Source: a virus. Taken from it: a stretch of 64,000 nt of DNA. A program made the translations under genes and the position numbers. The stretch lies in the IMG/VR virus record IMGVR_UViG_3300040801_001133, positions 1 through 64,000 of that record. One strand, written 5' to 3'. Shown piece by piece: positions 17,582 through 27,026 of this stretch (position 1 is the first letter of the stretch; each line of letters begins with the position of its first letter). Under the pieces are notes generated by a model. The model did not search any database, was not told the DNA's origin, and saw nothing but the letters and a program-made list of their open reading frames with translations.

Positions 17582-20500
17582 TGTATCTAAGCCCTCATTT
17601 GGTATAAACCAAGATTCATCGGAAATAAATCAGCCAAAAGGTAGCTATAGGTTTGCTCTTAATACGCAAATAGAATCTAGTTCCGGGGATGTTGCTACTA
17701 TCTCTAACGAACAGGCTAATTTTGCTTGCACTAAAATACCTCAAGATTATAATATTATAGGTAAAGTTTATTTAACCAAAGGAGAAAATGCTCTTTTTTT
17801 AGTATCTAAAGATGAATCTAAATCAGAAATAGGTATATTAGACAATAATGATAGATATAAAACCTATGTAAATGCTGATTTAGGATTTAGGTTAAATCAT
17901 CAAATAGATGCAATCTATAGACTTAGAAGGGGTTGTGGAAGAACATTATATTGGGTGGATGGAGATAATAATCCTCCTATGACCTATAATCTAGATTCTC
18001 CACAAGATTTTAAAAATTCAGGGGGAGAATGGGATATATCCAAATTTAAATTAAGTAAGACTTATGAAGATCGTCCAACTATAGAAAACTATGAAGTACT
18101 GTCTTCTGGAAGTCTTCCCACAGGTTCATATAATATATCTATTCAATACTTAGATGAGGACTTTAATCCAACAGAATGGATTTCTACATCCGATACCATA
18201 AATATTTATAGTGGAAATACTACCAATGTACCCTTTTCTTCTATTAGAGCAAGTAGCAGTTCAGATAATGAATATAGAAAATCAGAGCAGACTAATAAAT
18301 CTATTAGAGTAAAATTAAGTAATCTAGACTCTTCTTTTCCTTATTATAGACTTGCTATTATAGTAGCCAATAATGGGTCAGGTGAGATTAGTGGGGTCTT
18401 CTTTACAGAAGAGATTTCTAAAGAAATAAACCTTTATACATTTAGTAATATCTCTTCTCTCGTGCCAGGAACAGTAGAAGAAATACAACAATTTTCTAAT
18501 AATATTGAAACAGCTAAACATATAGATCAATTAGAAAATAGACTAATTCTATCTGGTGTTACAGGCAAAAAGATTAATTGGTGTAATTTACAAAAATATG
18601 CATCTAAAATTTCTTCTGATCTAGTTTTAGAAGAAGTAATCTTAAATAGTGTAGATTCTCCTAATAATCAAAAAAGACAAACACTTCATACTGAAAAAGT
18701 AGGTTATATGCCAGGGGAAATATATTCTTTTGGTATAGTTTATGTTTTTGAAGATGGGTATACTTCTCCCGTATTTCATATCCCCGGTAAGGCAGACAGA
18801 CACAACTCTAAAATGTCTAACGACAATCAACTTAAGAACAGATTTTATACTGATAATAGAAGCTGCTCCGGGGATTTATCATACTGGGGCTATGATACTC
18901 AAGGAAAAAGTCTTGTAGGGCAGAATATTAGACATCACAGATTTCCCCTTAGAAGTGAAATAGGAGAAGAATTAGTGAGGAAAGACAGTAATACCACTGA
19001 AATTAATATAAACTCATTACTACTAGATATAACTGGAGAGCTAGACTCTAATTATGAAAAAGAGACAGTAGATTATATTGTAAGCTATACTATAAATGGT
19101 AACACTTTTTCCAGAGAGGGGGAGATAGTGGTTAGTGATTTTATATTATCTAACAATGTACTTGATATACAAATTGAAAAAAATAGTGGTGATATACAGT
19201 TAGTTTCCATAGAAGAAAATAAAGACGGAGTTTTAGTAGATCCATCTCAAAATAGTGGGCTTACTTATACTATAAGACAAGAACAAGAGGAAAGTAACTT
19301 AGAAAACTCTGTGTATAAATCTAATATATATGGGATAAAATTTTCTAATGTTGAATATCCTTCATTATCTGACACAGGAGGACAAAAGATAGTAGGATAC
19401 TATATAGTAAGAAATAAAAGAGACGAGGATAATAAAACCATACTAGATTCTGGGGTGCTTACCCCCTTATTAAACGAAGGAGAAAATAAAAATGATTTTA
19501 TTTCTCACGGACATTTAATGCCAGAGTCTGACAATATTGTAAAAGAATCTTTCGCCTTAATCCATCCTGAACATAAATTTCTAAGTAAAGAGTATGCTTC
19601 GATTTCAGAGATAATAAAAGAAGGTGAGTTTATTAGAACAGAAAAAAAGAAGTCTTCTAGAATAGTACAAGATGTACAGCCCGGGACATCTTATGATGCT
19701 GAAAATAATAAAAATAGGGAAAAGGATTCTGATGGTTTTAGCTTAAACGTTCTAGTAAGAAACAATATATTAGAATATGTAACCAGTTCTGAGCTATTAG
19801 CAAACAGCGGAGAAATAGATGAGATATTTTATTTAAATACTCTATACTCTAAAGATGTAAAAAATCTGCAAGATGAAAGGGTAGAAATCTTTAACGTATC
19901 TTCAGATAATAAGATTGGTATTGTACATTTTAATAAAGAACTAGAAAATTTAGACAAAGATAAATTAGATTATGTTATATTAAAAAGAAGTCTATCGGAC
20001 CCCTATTCCAATTATGAAGTACTTCCTTACTACAGAGAGCATACAAACATGATTAGCTTTAACTCTAGCCAAGAGAGTTCTGTAATTATATTTAATGGGG
20101 ACAGTTATATTAGTCCTATAAAATATACATCTTCACTGTTTTATGATACTAGACTAAGAAAGAGAAGAACTAAGTCTGGACTCTTTAACTTCATTGTAGC
20201 TGGTTTATCTATTGCGGGAGGGGTTGTAGCAGGTATTCTAGGATCACCTCAGGGGGCTATAGCAGCCATTAGCTATGGATTAGCCCAAGCATCTACAGGA
20301 CTAGAAAGAACTAGACTCTCAAAGGTCTACAATGATCTGTATGATGCCGGGTTAAAAGAAACCATTGATGATGAGGATACTCTAGACCATTTTATAGAAA
20401 ATCCTTCAGATGATGAAGTTAGACATGTTTTTGATATACTAGACACTTTATGGCTAGAGTCTTCTGTTAACATGAATTGGAGGTTAGGGTCTAATATTGG

Positions 20501-23066
20501 AATTACAGATTATCTGGACCCTCTAACTGCCTACGATAAAGAAGAGTTAAAATCATATGTTGTTGAGAAACTAACTATATTAGACCCAGAAGCAGATGAT
20601 GGTAGGAACTACCAGGGATTTACTACCCCAGAAATTTACGATCTAAACGAAGACTTTTTAAGAAGGAACAGAGAAAAAATACATTTTTATCTTCCCAGCG
20701 AGTTTGATTGTTGCTCAGACTGTTTAGAGGAATTTCCTCACAGAAGGGCTTATTCAGAGCAATCTTTTCAGGAGGAGTTAACTGATAATTATAGAGTATT
20801 CTTACCTAATAATTACAGTGATTTAAGTGGGGAAACTGGAATTATAACTAATACATTTACTATTCAAAATAGTTTTTATATTCAAACTGAAGAGGCTTTA
20901 TGGCATTCTCCACAGAACATACAAGAAAGAGTTACAGGAGACATAGTTTCATTTATTGGGACCGGAGACTTTTTTGGTATACCCCCAAGAAAAATACTTG
21001 ATGATGAGACAGGCAACTCGGCAGGTTGTCAGCATAAATGGAGTGTAACTCAAACTCCATACGGAGTTGTTTATGTTTCTGAAAATCAAGGCACTGTATA
21101 TTTATTTGACGGAAATACGCTTAAACCTATAAGTTCATCTGGGTTATATTCTTGGTTTAAAGAAGAATTAGTAATTAAATATGATAGTAAATATTATTTA
21201 CAAACTGAGAATCTATACCCTTATAGGGACAATCCTTCCAACTTAGAAGGAACTGGATTTATAAGTACATATGACTCTCGTAATGAGAGATTAATTTTAA
21301 CTAAAAAAGATTTTCTTTATTCATCTAATCTGGATGATAGTAAAAGAGATTATCAGATATGTACTACCAATGGAATAACAAGAATTTTCAATGATGTTTC
21401 AAAAACTATTGAAGATAGAAAGTCAGATGGGTGGAGGTACGAAGGAATAGATGAAGATACCTGTCAATTAAGATTCTCTAAAGAAGAAAGTAAAAAAGAA
21501 GTAATTGAAAGAGTAGAAGAAATCAGCAATGTTACTGATGTTCATGTATTTCTGGATACCTCTGGTTCTTTTGGAAATATTAATGATAGATGTTTATCTT
21601 CTATTAGTGAAGCTGTAGATAACTGGATAGTTCAATTCAAAAGAAGTAATCCTAATTGGGAAGGTAAACTCTACAAATATGAAGACAGTACAGAGAGATG
21701 GTTAAATTTTGCTTCAGTAATTAAAAATGAAACCTACCAGGGTCAAGATACGAGCACTAAAGAAGTTCTTGTAATATCGTTTTGTAATGAAGCTGGCACA
21801 GCTTATCACTCTAATAATTTTACTTCTGGAACACTACAGGTTTCTGAGACTTTTCTTTCTGACTACAACAATTTTATTAATAATGTATACCCCGAGTATA
21901 AAAAGTTTACGGGTATACATTATCCAATTGTTTTTGGCGAAGACTCAGGAAGTTGCAATAATTCTGGAAACTCCGGGAACTTACCAAGTTCTAGAGAATT
22001 TTTGAAACACAGTATAGCAGCTTTATACGGAACAGGACTAACTCAAACTCAAATAAATTCCATTATCCCTAATAAAAATGGGGGATTCTCTGATGTAGAA
22101 TGGCAAGAGTTGGTAGATTCTCTAAAGTTATTAAGCAATTATCCAGGTGCATTAGCTTCTAACTTTGGTTGGACAGGCAAATGGGATAGATTTGCTTCTG
22201 AAGAGGGAGAAGTAATTACCTCTGAACAATTTAATATAGACATTAAAGAAATACTTGACAGTATTCTTTTAGTGGAAGAAATAGAAGTGGATGTACCATT
22301 TGTAGAAGTGGAATATGAAGAGAGTTCACTATTTAAAGATGAAAAATTTGATGCTTCCTGGACTATATCCTATAATTTTAAAACTAATTCATGGATTAGC
22401 TGGCATAGTTATATGCCTAATATTTATATATCAAGTCCTAATAAATTCTATTCTTGGTTAAACTCATCTGATAATATTTATAGGCACAATCAGAGGGGAA
22501 AGTATCAACGGTACTATGGTAAAATACATCCACATATTATAGAATATGTTTCTGTAAATGAACCTTTACAAACTAAAGTATGGAATGATATAAAAATACA
22601 AAGTAAAGCAGAAAAATTACATAAAGAAGAAGACTACTTTTTTGAGGTTTTAGACAAGACTTATAATGAAGTAGTTTTATATAATAGTAACCAGTCTACT
22701 GGAATTATAGAACTTACCCCTAATCTAAAACGAGAGGAGAATTATATGATGGGCCAACTAAAGAAACCAGCAGAAAACTCTGCCGTAATTACTAGGTTAC
22801 GAGAAGATTGGTCTTTTAATGATTTTAGGGATATAAGGGTTAACTATGAGTCTCCAATGTTTATAACTAATCTTGCAAAGATTCAAGAAAACTACTATAT
22901 AGATAAAGTAGTAAATAAAAAATCTCTTGATATATACAAGGACTGGACTCAATTACAAAGACTTAGAGATAAGTACTTGTGTGTAAGATTAATATTTAAT
23001 AACTTTGATGATATAAGATTGTTATTCTATTATTCAATAGAAAATAGTAATATGTCAGCTAGATAG
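17574..23066 (+). CDS. large (1830 aa) tail/nozzle-type structural protein with an embedded vWA-like MIDAS motif
   Basis: Uninterrupted 5.5-kb ORF. VHVFLDTSGSFGN (DxSxS at nt 21555-21569). Gly-rich hydrophobic segment FIVAGLSIAGGVVAGILGSPQGAIAAI. CCSDC cluster. Confidence 0.55.
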   Translation: MNNVSKPSFGINQDSSEINQPKGSYRFALNTQIESSSGDVATISNEQANFACTKIPQDYNIIGKVYLTKGENALFLVSKDESKSEIGILDNNDRYKTYVNADLGFRLNHQIDAIYRLRRGCGRTLYWVDGDNNPPMTYNLDSPQDFKNSGGEWDISKFKLSKTYEDRPTIENYEVLSSGSLPTGSYNISIQYLDEDFNPTEWISTSDTINIYSGNTTNVPFSSIRASSSSDNEYRKSEQTNKSIRVKLSNLDSSFPYYRLAIIVANNGSGEISGVFFTEEISKEINLYTFSNISSLVPGTVEEIQQFSNNIETAKHIDQLENRLILSGVTGKKINWCNLQKYASKISSDLVLEEVILNSVDSPNNQKRQTLHTEKVGYMPGEIYSFGIVYVFEDGYTSPVFHIPGKADRHNSKMSNDNQLKNRFYTDNRSCSGDLSYWGYDTQGKSLVGQNIRHHRFPLRSEIGEELVRKDSNTTEININSLLLDITGELDSNYEKETVDYIVSYTINGNTFSREGEIVVSDFILSNNVLDIQIEKNSGDIQLVSIEENKDGVLVDPSQNSGLTYTIRQEQEESNLENSVYKSNIYGIKFSNVEYPSLSDTGGQKIVGYYIVRNKRDEDNKTILDSGVLTPLLNEGENKNDFISHGHLMPESDNIVKESFALIHPEHKFLSKEYASISEIIKEGEFIRTEKKKSSRIVQDVQPGTSYDAENNKNREKDSDGFSLNVLVRNNILEYVTSSELLANSGEIDEIFYLNTLYSKDVKNLQDERVEIFNVSSDNKIGIVHFNKELENLDKDKLDYVILKRSLSDPYSNYEVLPYYREHTNMISFNSSQESSVIIFNGDSYISPIKYTSSLFYDTRLRKRRTKSGLFNFIVAGLSIAGGVVAGILGSPQGAIAAISYGLAQASTGLERTRLSKVYNDLYDAGLKETIDDEDTLDHFIENPSDDEVRHVFDILDTLWLESSVNMNWRLGSNIGITDYLDPLTAYDKEELKSYVVEKLTILDPEADDGRNYQGFTTPEIYDLNEDFLRRNREKIHFYLPSEFDCCSDCLEEFPHRRAYSEQSFQEELTDNYRVFLPNNYSDLSGETGIITNTFTIQNSFYIQTEEALWHSPQNIQERVTGDIVSFIGTGDFFGIPPRKILDDETGNSAGCQHKWSVTQTPYGVVYVSENQGTVYLFDGNTLKPISSSGLYSWFKEELVIKYDSKYYLQTENLYPYRDNPSNLEGTGFISTYDSRNERLILTKKDFLYSSNLDDSKRDYQICTTNGITRIFNDVSKTIEDRKSDGWRYEGIDEDTCQLRFSKEESKKEVIERVEEISNVTDVHVFLDTSGSFGNINDRCLSSISEAVDNWIVQFKRSNPNWEGKLYKYEDSTERWLNFASVIKNETYQGQDTSTKEVLVISFCNEAGTAYHSNNFTSGTLQVSETFLSDYNNFINNVYPEYKKFTGIHYPIVFGEDSGSCNNSGNSGNLPSSREFLKHSIAALYGTGLTQTQINSIIPNKNGGFSDVEWQELVDSLKLLSNYPGALASNFGWTGKWDRFASEEGEVITSEQFNIDIKEILDSILLVEEIEVDVPFVEVEYEESSLFKDEKFDASWTISYNFKTNSWISWHSYMPNIYISSPNKFYSWLNSSDNIYRHNQRGKYQRYYGKIHPHIIEYVSVNEPLQTKVWNDIKIQSKAEKLHKEEDYFFEVLDKTYNEVVLYNSNQSTGIIELTPNLKREENYMMGQLKKPAENSAVITRLREDWSFNDFRDIRVNYESPMFITNLAKIQENYYIDKVVNKKSLDIYKDWTQLQRLRDKYLCVRLIFNNFDDIRLLFYYSIENSNMSAR

Positions 23067-23086
23067 TGTTATAATAAATATTTAAT

Positions 23087-24604
23087 ATGGAAAAGAAAAG
23101 AAAAAAAATGGCTACTGGTACTGCTGTAAAAGGTTATCTAGAGAATCCTTATCAGGAACTAGCTCAAAACGATATTAATCAAAGACAGGCTCAATTAGAA
23201 GTATCTACTAATCCCTTAGTAAGGGGGTTAGATGTAGTAGGTCAAATGGGAGTACAGTATGGACTAGCTGCTGGTGGATTTGAATCTATTGAAGGTATTG
23301 ATCCTGAAATGGGGGAAGCTGCTAATGGGGCTTTAAGCTTATTATCTGGCCTAAATATGGCAATGGGAGGTAAAGTGCATAATGTCCCTGTTGAAGTAGA
23401 GGGAGAGGAAGTGGCGGAAACTCCCAATAAACAATTGTTAGATTTTAAGGGGCCTTCTCATGAACAAGGGGGTATTGATGTAGACCTTCCAGAAGGAACT
23501 GAAGTATTTTCTAAGAGAATAAAATTAGATGGACAGACTATGGCTGAAAGAAAAAAGAAAAGGGAAAGAACACTAAATAAACTTAGAAAATCTTTGGGAG
23601 AAAATCCTACTAATCAAATTGATAAAAAGACCCTAGAGAGAACCCAGACCAATTTTGATGCTGAGGAGGAGAAGGATAAAATGGTTCAGATGCTTATTAA
23701 AGAAGCTATGGAACCCGCACAAAGAGCTGAACACAAATACGGTAATAGGGTGGGGGGTGATCCTGATCCTTATGCTCACCTACTTCCTAAACAGCCTAAG
23801 CAGTTTACAATGGATTCTAATCAATTACAAAGAATTGAAGGTGATTCATTTCTGGATTATGAAAAGAATATACCACTAGGTTCTACGGAAGTATCAGCTA
23901 GACAACCAGATACTTTTGATAAAATTAAGATGCTACTTAATAAAGTTTCTAATGTAGATATTCCAGAATCTTCAATGCCAACACCAGGAGATGCAGTAGG
24001 TATTGCAGGTAATTTAATGAGCATGTATGGACCATTAAACAATACACTAAGAAATAGGGCAGGAGATACACCTAATATAAATGCCTTTGAAAATTTTGGT
24101 ACTGATGCTATTGACAGTAACCGTCAGGCTATGGAGTATGTAGATGATGTTGAAGATAGACAACTACAGGATTTAGAATTATCTAGGGTGGCACAAACTA
24201 AAAGAAACAGAGGGGGTGCCAAAGGAATTAATACTATGAGGGCACTTGATTTAGCAAGTAATCAAATAGCTGATAATCAAAAATCTCAGGTGAGGTCACA
24301 ATCTGCTAATCAAATGATGCAATTACTTGGCAGAGAATCTCAACTAGAGAACCAAAGAGATAGAATGGTTATGCAAGGGGAATATCAAAGGGATATTGCA
24401 GACAGACAAGACAGAGATGCCTTTTACTCTAATATGGCTCAAAACTTAGTAGGACGAGGAGAAGGAGTACAGCAAATAGGAAAAGAAATTAACCAAATAA
24501 AACAAAGAGAGGTGGTTGAAAACCTTTTAGCAAATCTGTCCAAGTACGGTATTACTGTAGACAAGAAAGGGAATTTAATTCAGAAGAAGAAAGAAAATGA
24601 GTAG
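23087..24604 (+). CDS. internal virion / ejection-type protein (charged, coiled-coil rich)
   Basis: 505-aa ORF rich in Q/E/K/R heptad-like sequence. It lies immediately upstream of the giant cargo genes. No catalytic motif recognised. Confidence 0.45.
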   Translation: MEKKRKKMATGTAVKGYLENPYQELAQNDINQRQAQLEVSTNPLVRGLDVVGQMGVQYGLAAGGFESIEGIDPEMGEAANGALSLLSGLNMAMGGKVHNVPVEVEGEEVAETPNKQLLDFKGPSHEQGGIDVDLPEGTEVFSKRIKLDGQTMAERKKKRERTLNKLRKSLGENPTNQIDKKTLERTQTNFDAEEEKDKMVQMLIKEAMEPAQRAEHKYGNRVGGDPDPYAHLLPKQPKQFTMDSNQLQRIEGDSFLDYEKNIPLGSTEVSARQPDTFDKIKMLLNKVSNVDIPESSMPTPGDAVGIAGNLMSMYGPLNNTLRNRAGDTPNINAFENFGTDAIDSNRQAMEYVDDVEDRQLQDLELSRVAQTKRNRGGAKGINTMRALDLASNQIADNQKSQVRSQSANQMMQLLGRESQLENQRDRMVMQGEYQRDIADRQDRDAFYSNMAQNLVGRGEGVQQIGKEINQIKQREVVENLLANLSKYGITVDKKGNLIQKKKENE

Positions 24605-27026
24605 ATTTTATCAAACAGCAAGGCCCGTATTTGTAGACAATAAAATTTACCAGCCACCCTGGGAGCTTGCACAGAATGTTATTCTTGCTAATGAACAGAG
24701 AGTAGATGCTGCTTTCGCTGAAGCTCAACTAGCTAATGGTGATTTAGGAACCATTAGACATATTGATATGGAATCTGAAAATCAATCTGTTCAGGCTATA
24801 CAACAGAAGTATGGCCAGAGAATAAATGAAATAACAGAAGCCATGAACGGGGATGTTCTTAATTATCAAAAGTATTCTCAAGACCTTGCTAACCTAAGGA
24901 GAGACTTTACTAATGATAGAAACTCTGGTGATATATTTAATATAGAAAGTAGGTATGCTGCTTACCAACAAGATATTCTTGAGAATGAAGAATTAAAAAA
25001 GACGGACCCAGCAGCCTACAATCTTGTATTAAACAAAAGAAGAAGAGAGCTAGAAAAAGCACTAGAAAATGATCCAAAGGCTAGATATAATGCAGGACAA
25101 ATCTACGGTAAGCCTGACGTAACTTCAGAAGATAATGTTAAATTATTTAATGCTATTAAAGCTGATCTTACTAGCGACTTTATGAGAGCACCTGCCCTCA
25201 ATGAGGATGGTACACCTAAACTAGATGAACAAGGTAACCCTATTATGGAAATAGTAACTGATACAGAAGGGAATCCTATGTACAAAGTAAATAATAAGGG
25301 TGTTACAGAACAGGAAGTGCAGTTTATTGCTCTTTCCAAAATGATGGGTGATCCTACACTTCAGGCTTATTCTCAACAAATGGCTGGTTTTGAGGGGTAT
25401 GAAGGCTATGGTGAAGCATTAGTAGACAAAGAGGGGAATATAAATATGAAAAATCCTTTTGGTCTAGAGATAGCTGGTGTTGCTCAGGCTTATGGATTTA
25501 ATGAGTCTGACTTTGAAAGAACCAAAGGTTCGTTAGCATATCAAGAATTTGGTTATGATACTAGAAGATCAACTCAAGACTTTAATGAAGCACTTCATTT
25601 ACAAAATTTAAGAGAAGCTAGAAAAGATGCCAGAATTGGTATGAGAGCAGAAGCTAAAGCCAAGGCATCTAAAACAGTAGATGAAAAATCTGAGAATTTA
25701 ATTTTGGCTTTACCTCAAGATGTTATTACTCCAGAAGAATCTTCAGCCATGTTTGAAACATGGTCTAATCTTGCCCAAAAAAGAGAAGCTGGAACACTCT
25801 TGCCTAGAGAGAAAGCCGACTTAAATAGATTAAGTCTCGCTTTTGAACCCCTAATTGCTAAAGATGGCGATAAAATTCTCACTTCTATAGGTCTTGATCC
25901 TGATGATTATTCTGATAATAGATCAAAGCTTAATGCTTTTCTGAGATTTAAATCTCAAGCTGAAAAATTACAATCTAGAATAAGCGGAGAAAAGAGAAGA
26001 AACAGTTCTTCTCCGCTTGCTGTTGGTATGCCTGGGTCCACCTACTTTAGAAAGGAATCTTTAGCTGATCTATCTTCTTCAGAAAGAGATATACTAGAAA
26101 GAGCAAAGAGTCTAGATGAAGCCTTTGGTGACTTTGATACTTACTTGGCAGAAAATGCAACAGTAACTAGACTTCATATGAATCTAAATCCTGAGACCGA
26201 TGATGGTAAAAGAGTTCTTGGTATTTTAGATCAACATATGAGTGTTTTTGATCCAAGTGTTACTCCTGGTAATTTAACTAGAACAGATGTTACTGGTAGA
26301 AGTAGAGATAATATAAGTGTTACTGTCTATGATAAATATAATCCTAGGTCTCTGGGAGGAAAACAAGTTACCAATCCTTTAAAGAGAGTAATAGGACTAA
26401 TAGATGGTGTTGACAACTTAACTGATCTAGTAGAACAAGGGTATATAATTCCTAATGTTATTCCTACGGACAAAGGAGAAATAAGCGTTTTATGGACTCC
26501 AACGGGCAAAGGTGAGGATATATTTCAAATTGATGGAAGTTTTAGAACTACTCATAGCAATATAGCTAATGAAATATTCCCTGTCAGCACTAATCCAGAA
26601 CAACAGGCCCTACATATTATGGCTAACAAAGGACTTGAGTATAGTGGCATATACAACACTATATCCATGCTTGACAATAAAATGAATAGTGAACAAGATT
26701 ATTTTGAAATGTATCCAGAGGGAAAACCTTTTGCAGTCCCACACTTACAAAACAGTGAAGTGAGTTATAGATATAACCCCGATGGGGGCTTTACTTTAAC
26801 TAGTCATAACTTTATGGCCCCCGGCAACAAATCTAAATATACTGTTACCGCAGAAGATTTACAGGCAACAGCAGAAAGAATAGCAGAAAGTACGGGCAAA
26901 TCTCTGACAGAAATTAAGTTAGACAAGAAATCTATATTGACTGAAATACTTACTAATCATATACAACACATAGATAGTTTTATGGAATTTGACCAAATAG
27001 AAAATACAGATGAGCAGCAAGAATAA
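24597..27026 (+). CDS. internal virion / cargo-type protein
   Basis: 809-aa ORF that overlaps its neighbours by 8 and 17 nt, suggesting translational coupling. No motif recognised. Confidence 0.45.
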   Translation: MSRFYQTARPVFVDNKIYQPPWELAQNVILANEQRVDAAFAEAQLANGDLGTIRHIDMESENQSVQAIQQKYGQRINEITEAMNGDVLNYQKYSQDLANLRRDFTNDRNSGDIFNIESRYAAYQQDILENEELKKTDPAAYNLVLNKRRRELEKALENDPKARYNAGQIYGKPDVTSEDNVKLFNAIKADLTSDFMRAPALNEDGTPKLDEQGNPIMEIVTDTEGNPMYKVNNKGVTEQEVQFIALSKMMGDPTLQAYSQQMAGFEGYEGYGEALVDKEGNINMKNPFGLEIAGVAQAYGFNESDFERTKGSLAYQEFGYDTRRSTQDFNEALHLQNLREARKDARIGMRAEAKAKASKTVDEKSENLILALPQDVITPEESSAMFETWSNLAQKREAGTLLPREKADLNRLSLAFEPLIAKDGDKILTSIGLDPDDYSDNRSKLNAFLRFKSQAEKLQSRISGEKRRNSSSPLAVGMPGSTYFRKESLADLSSSERDILERAKSLDEAFGDFDTYLAENATVTRLHMNLNPETDDGKRVLGILDQHMSVFDPSVTPGNLTRTDVTGRSRDNISVTVYDKYNPRSLGGKQVTNPLKRVIGLIDGVDNLTDLVEQGYIIPNVIPTDKGEISVLWTPTGKGEDIFQIDGSFRTTHSNIANEIFPVSTNPEQQALHIMANKGLEYSGIYNTISMLDNKMNSEQDYFEMYPEGKPFAVPHLQNSEVSYRYNPDGGFTLTSHNFMAPGNKSKYTVTAEDLQATAERIAESTGKSLTEIKLDKKSILTEILTNHIQHIDSFMEFDQIENTDEQQE

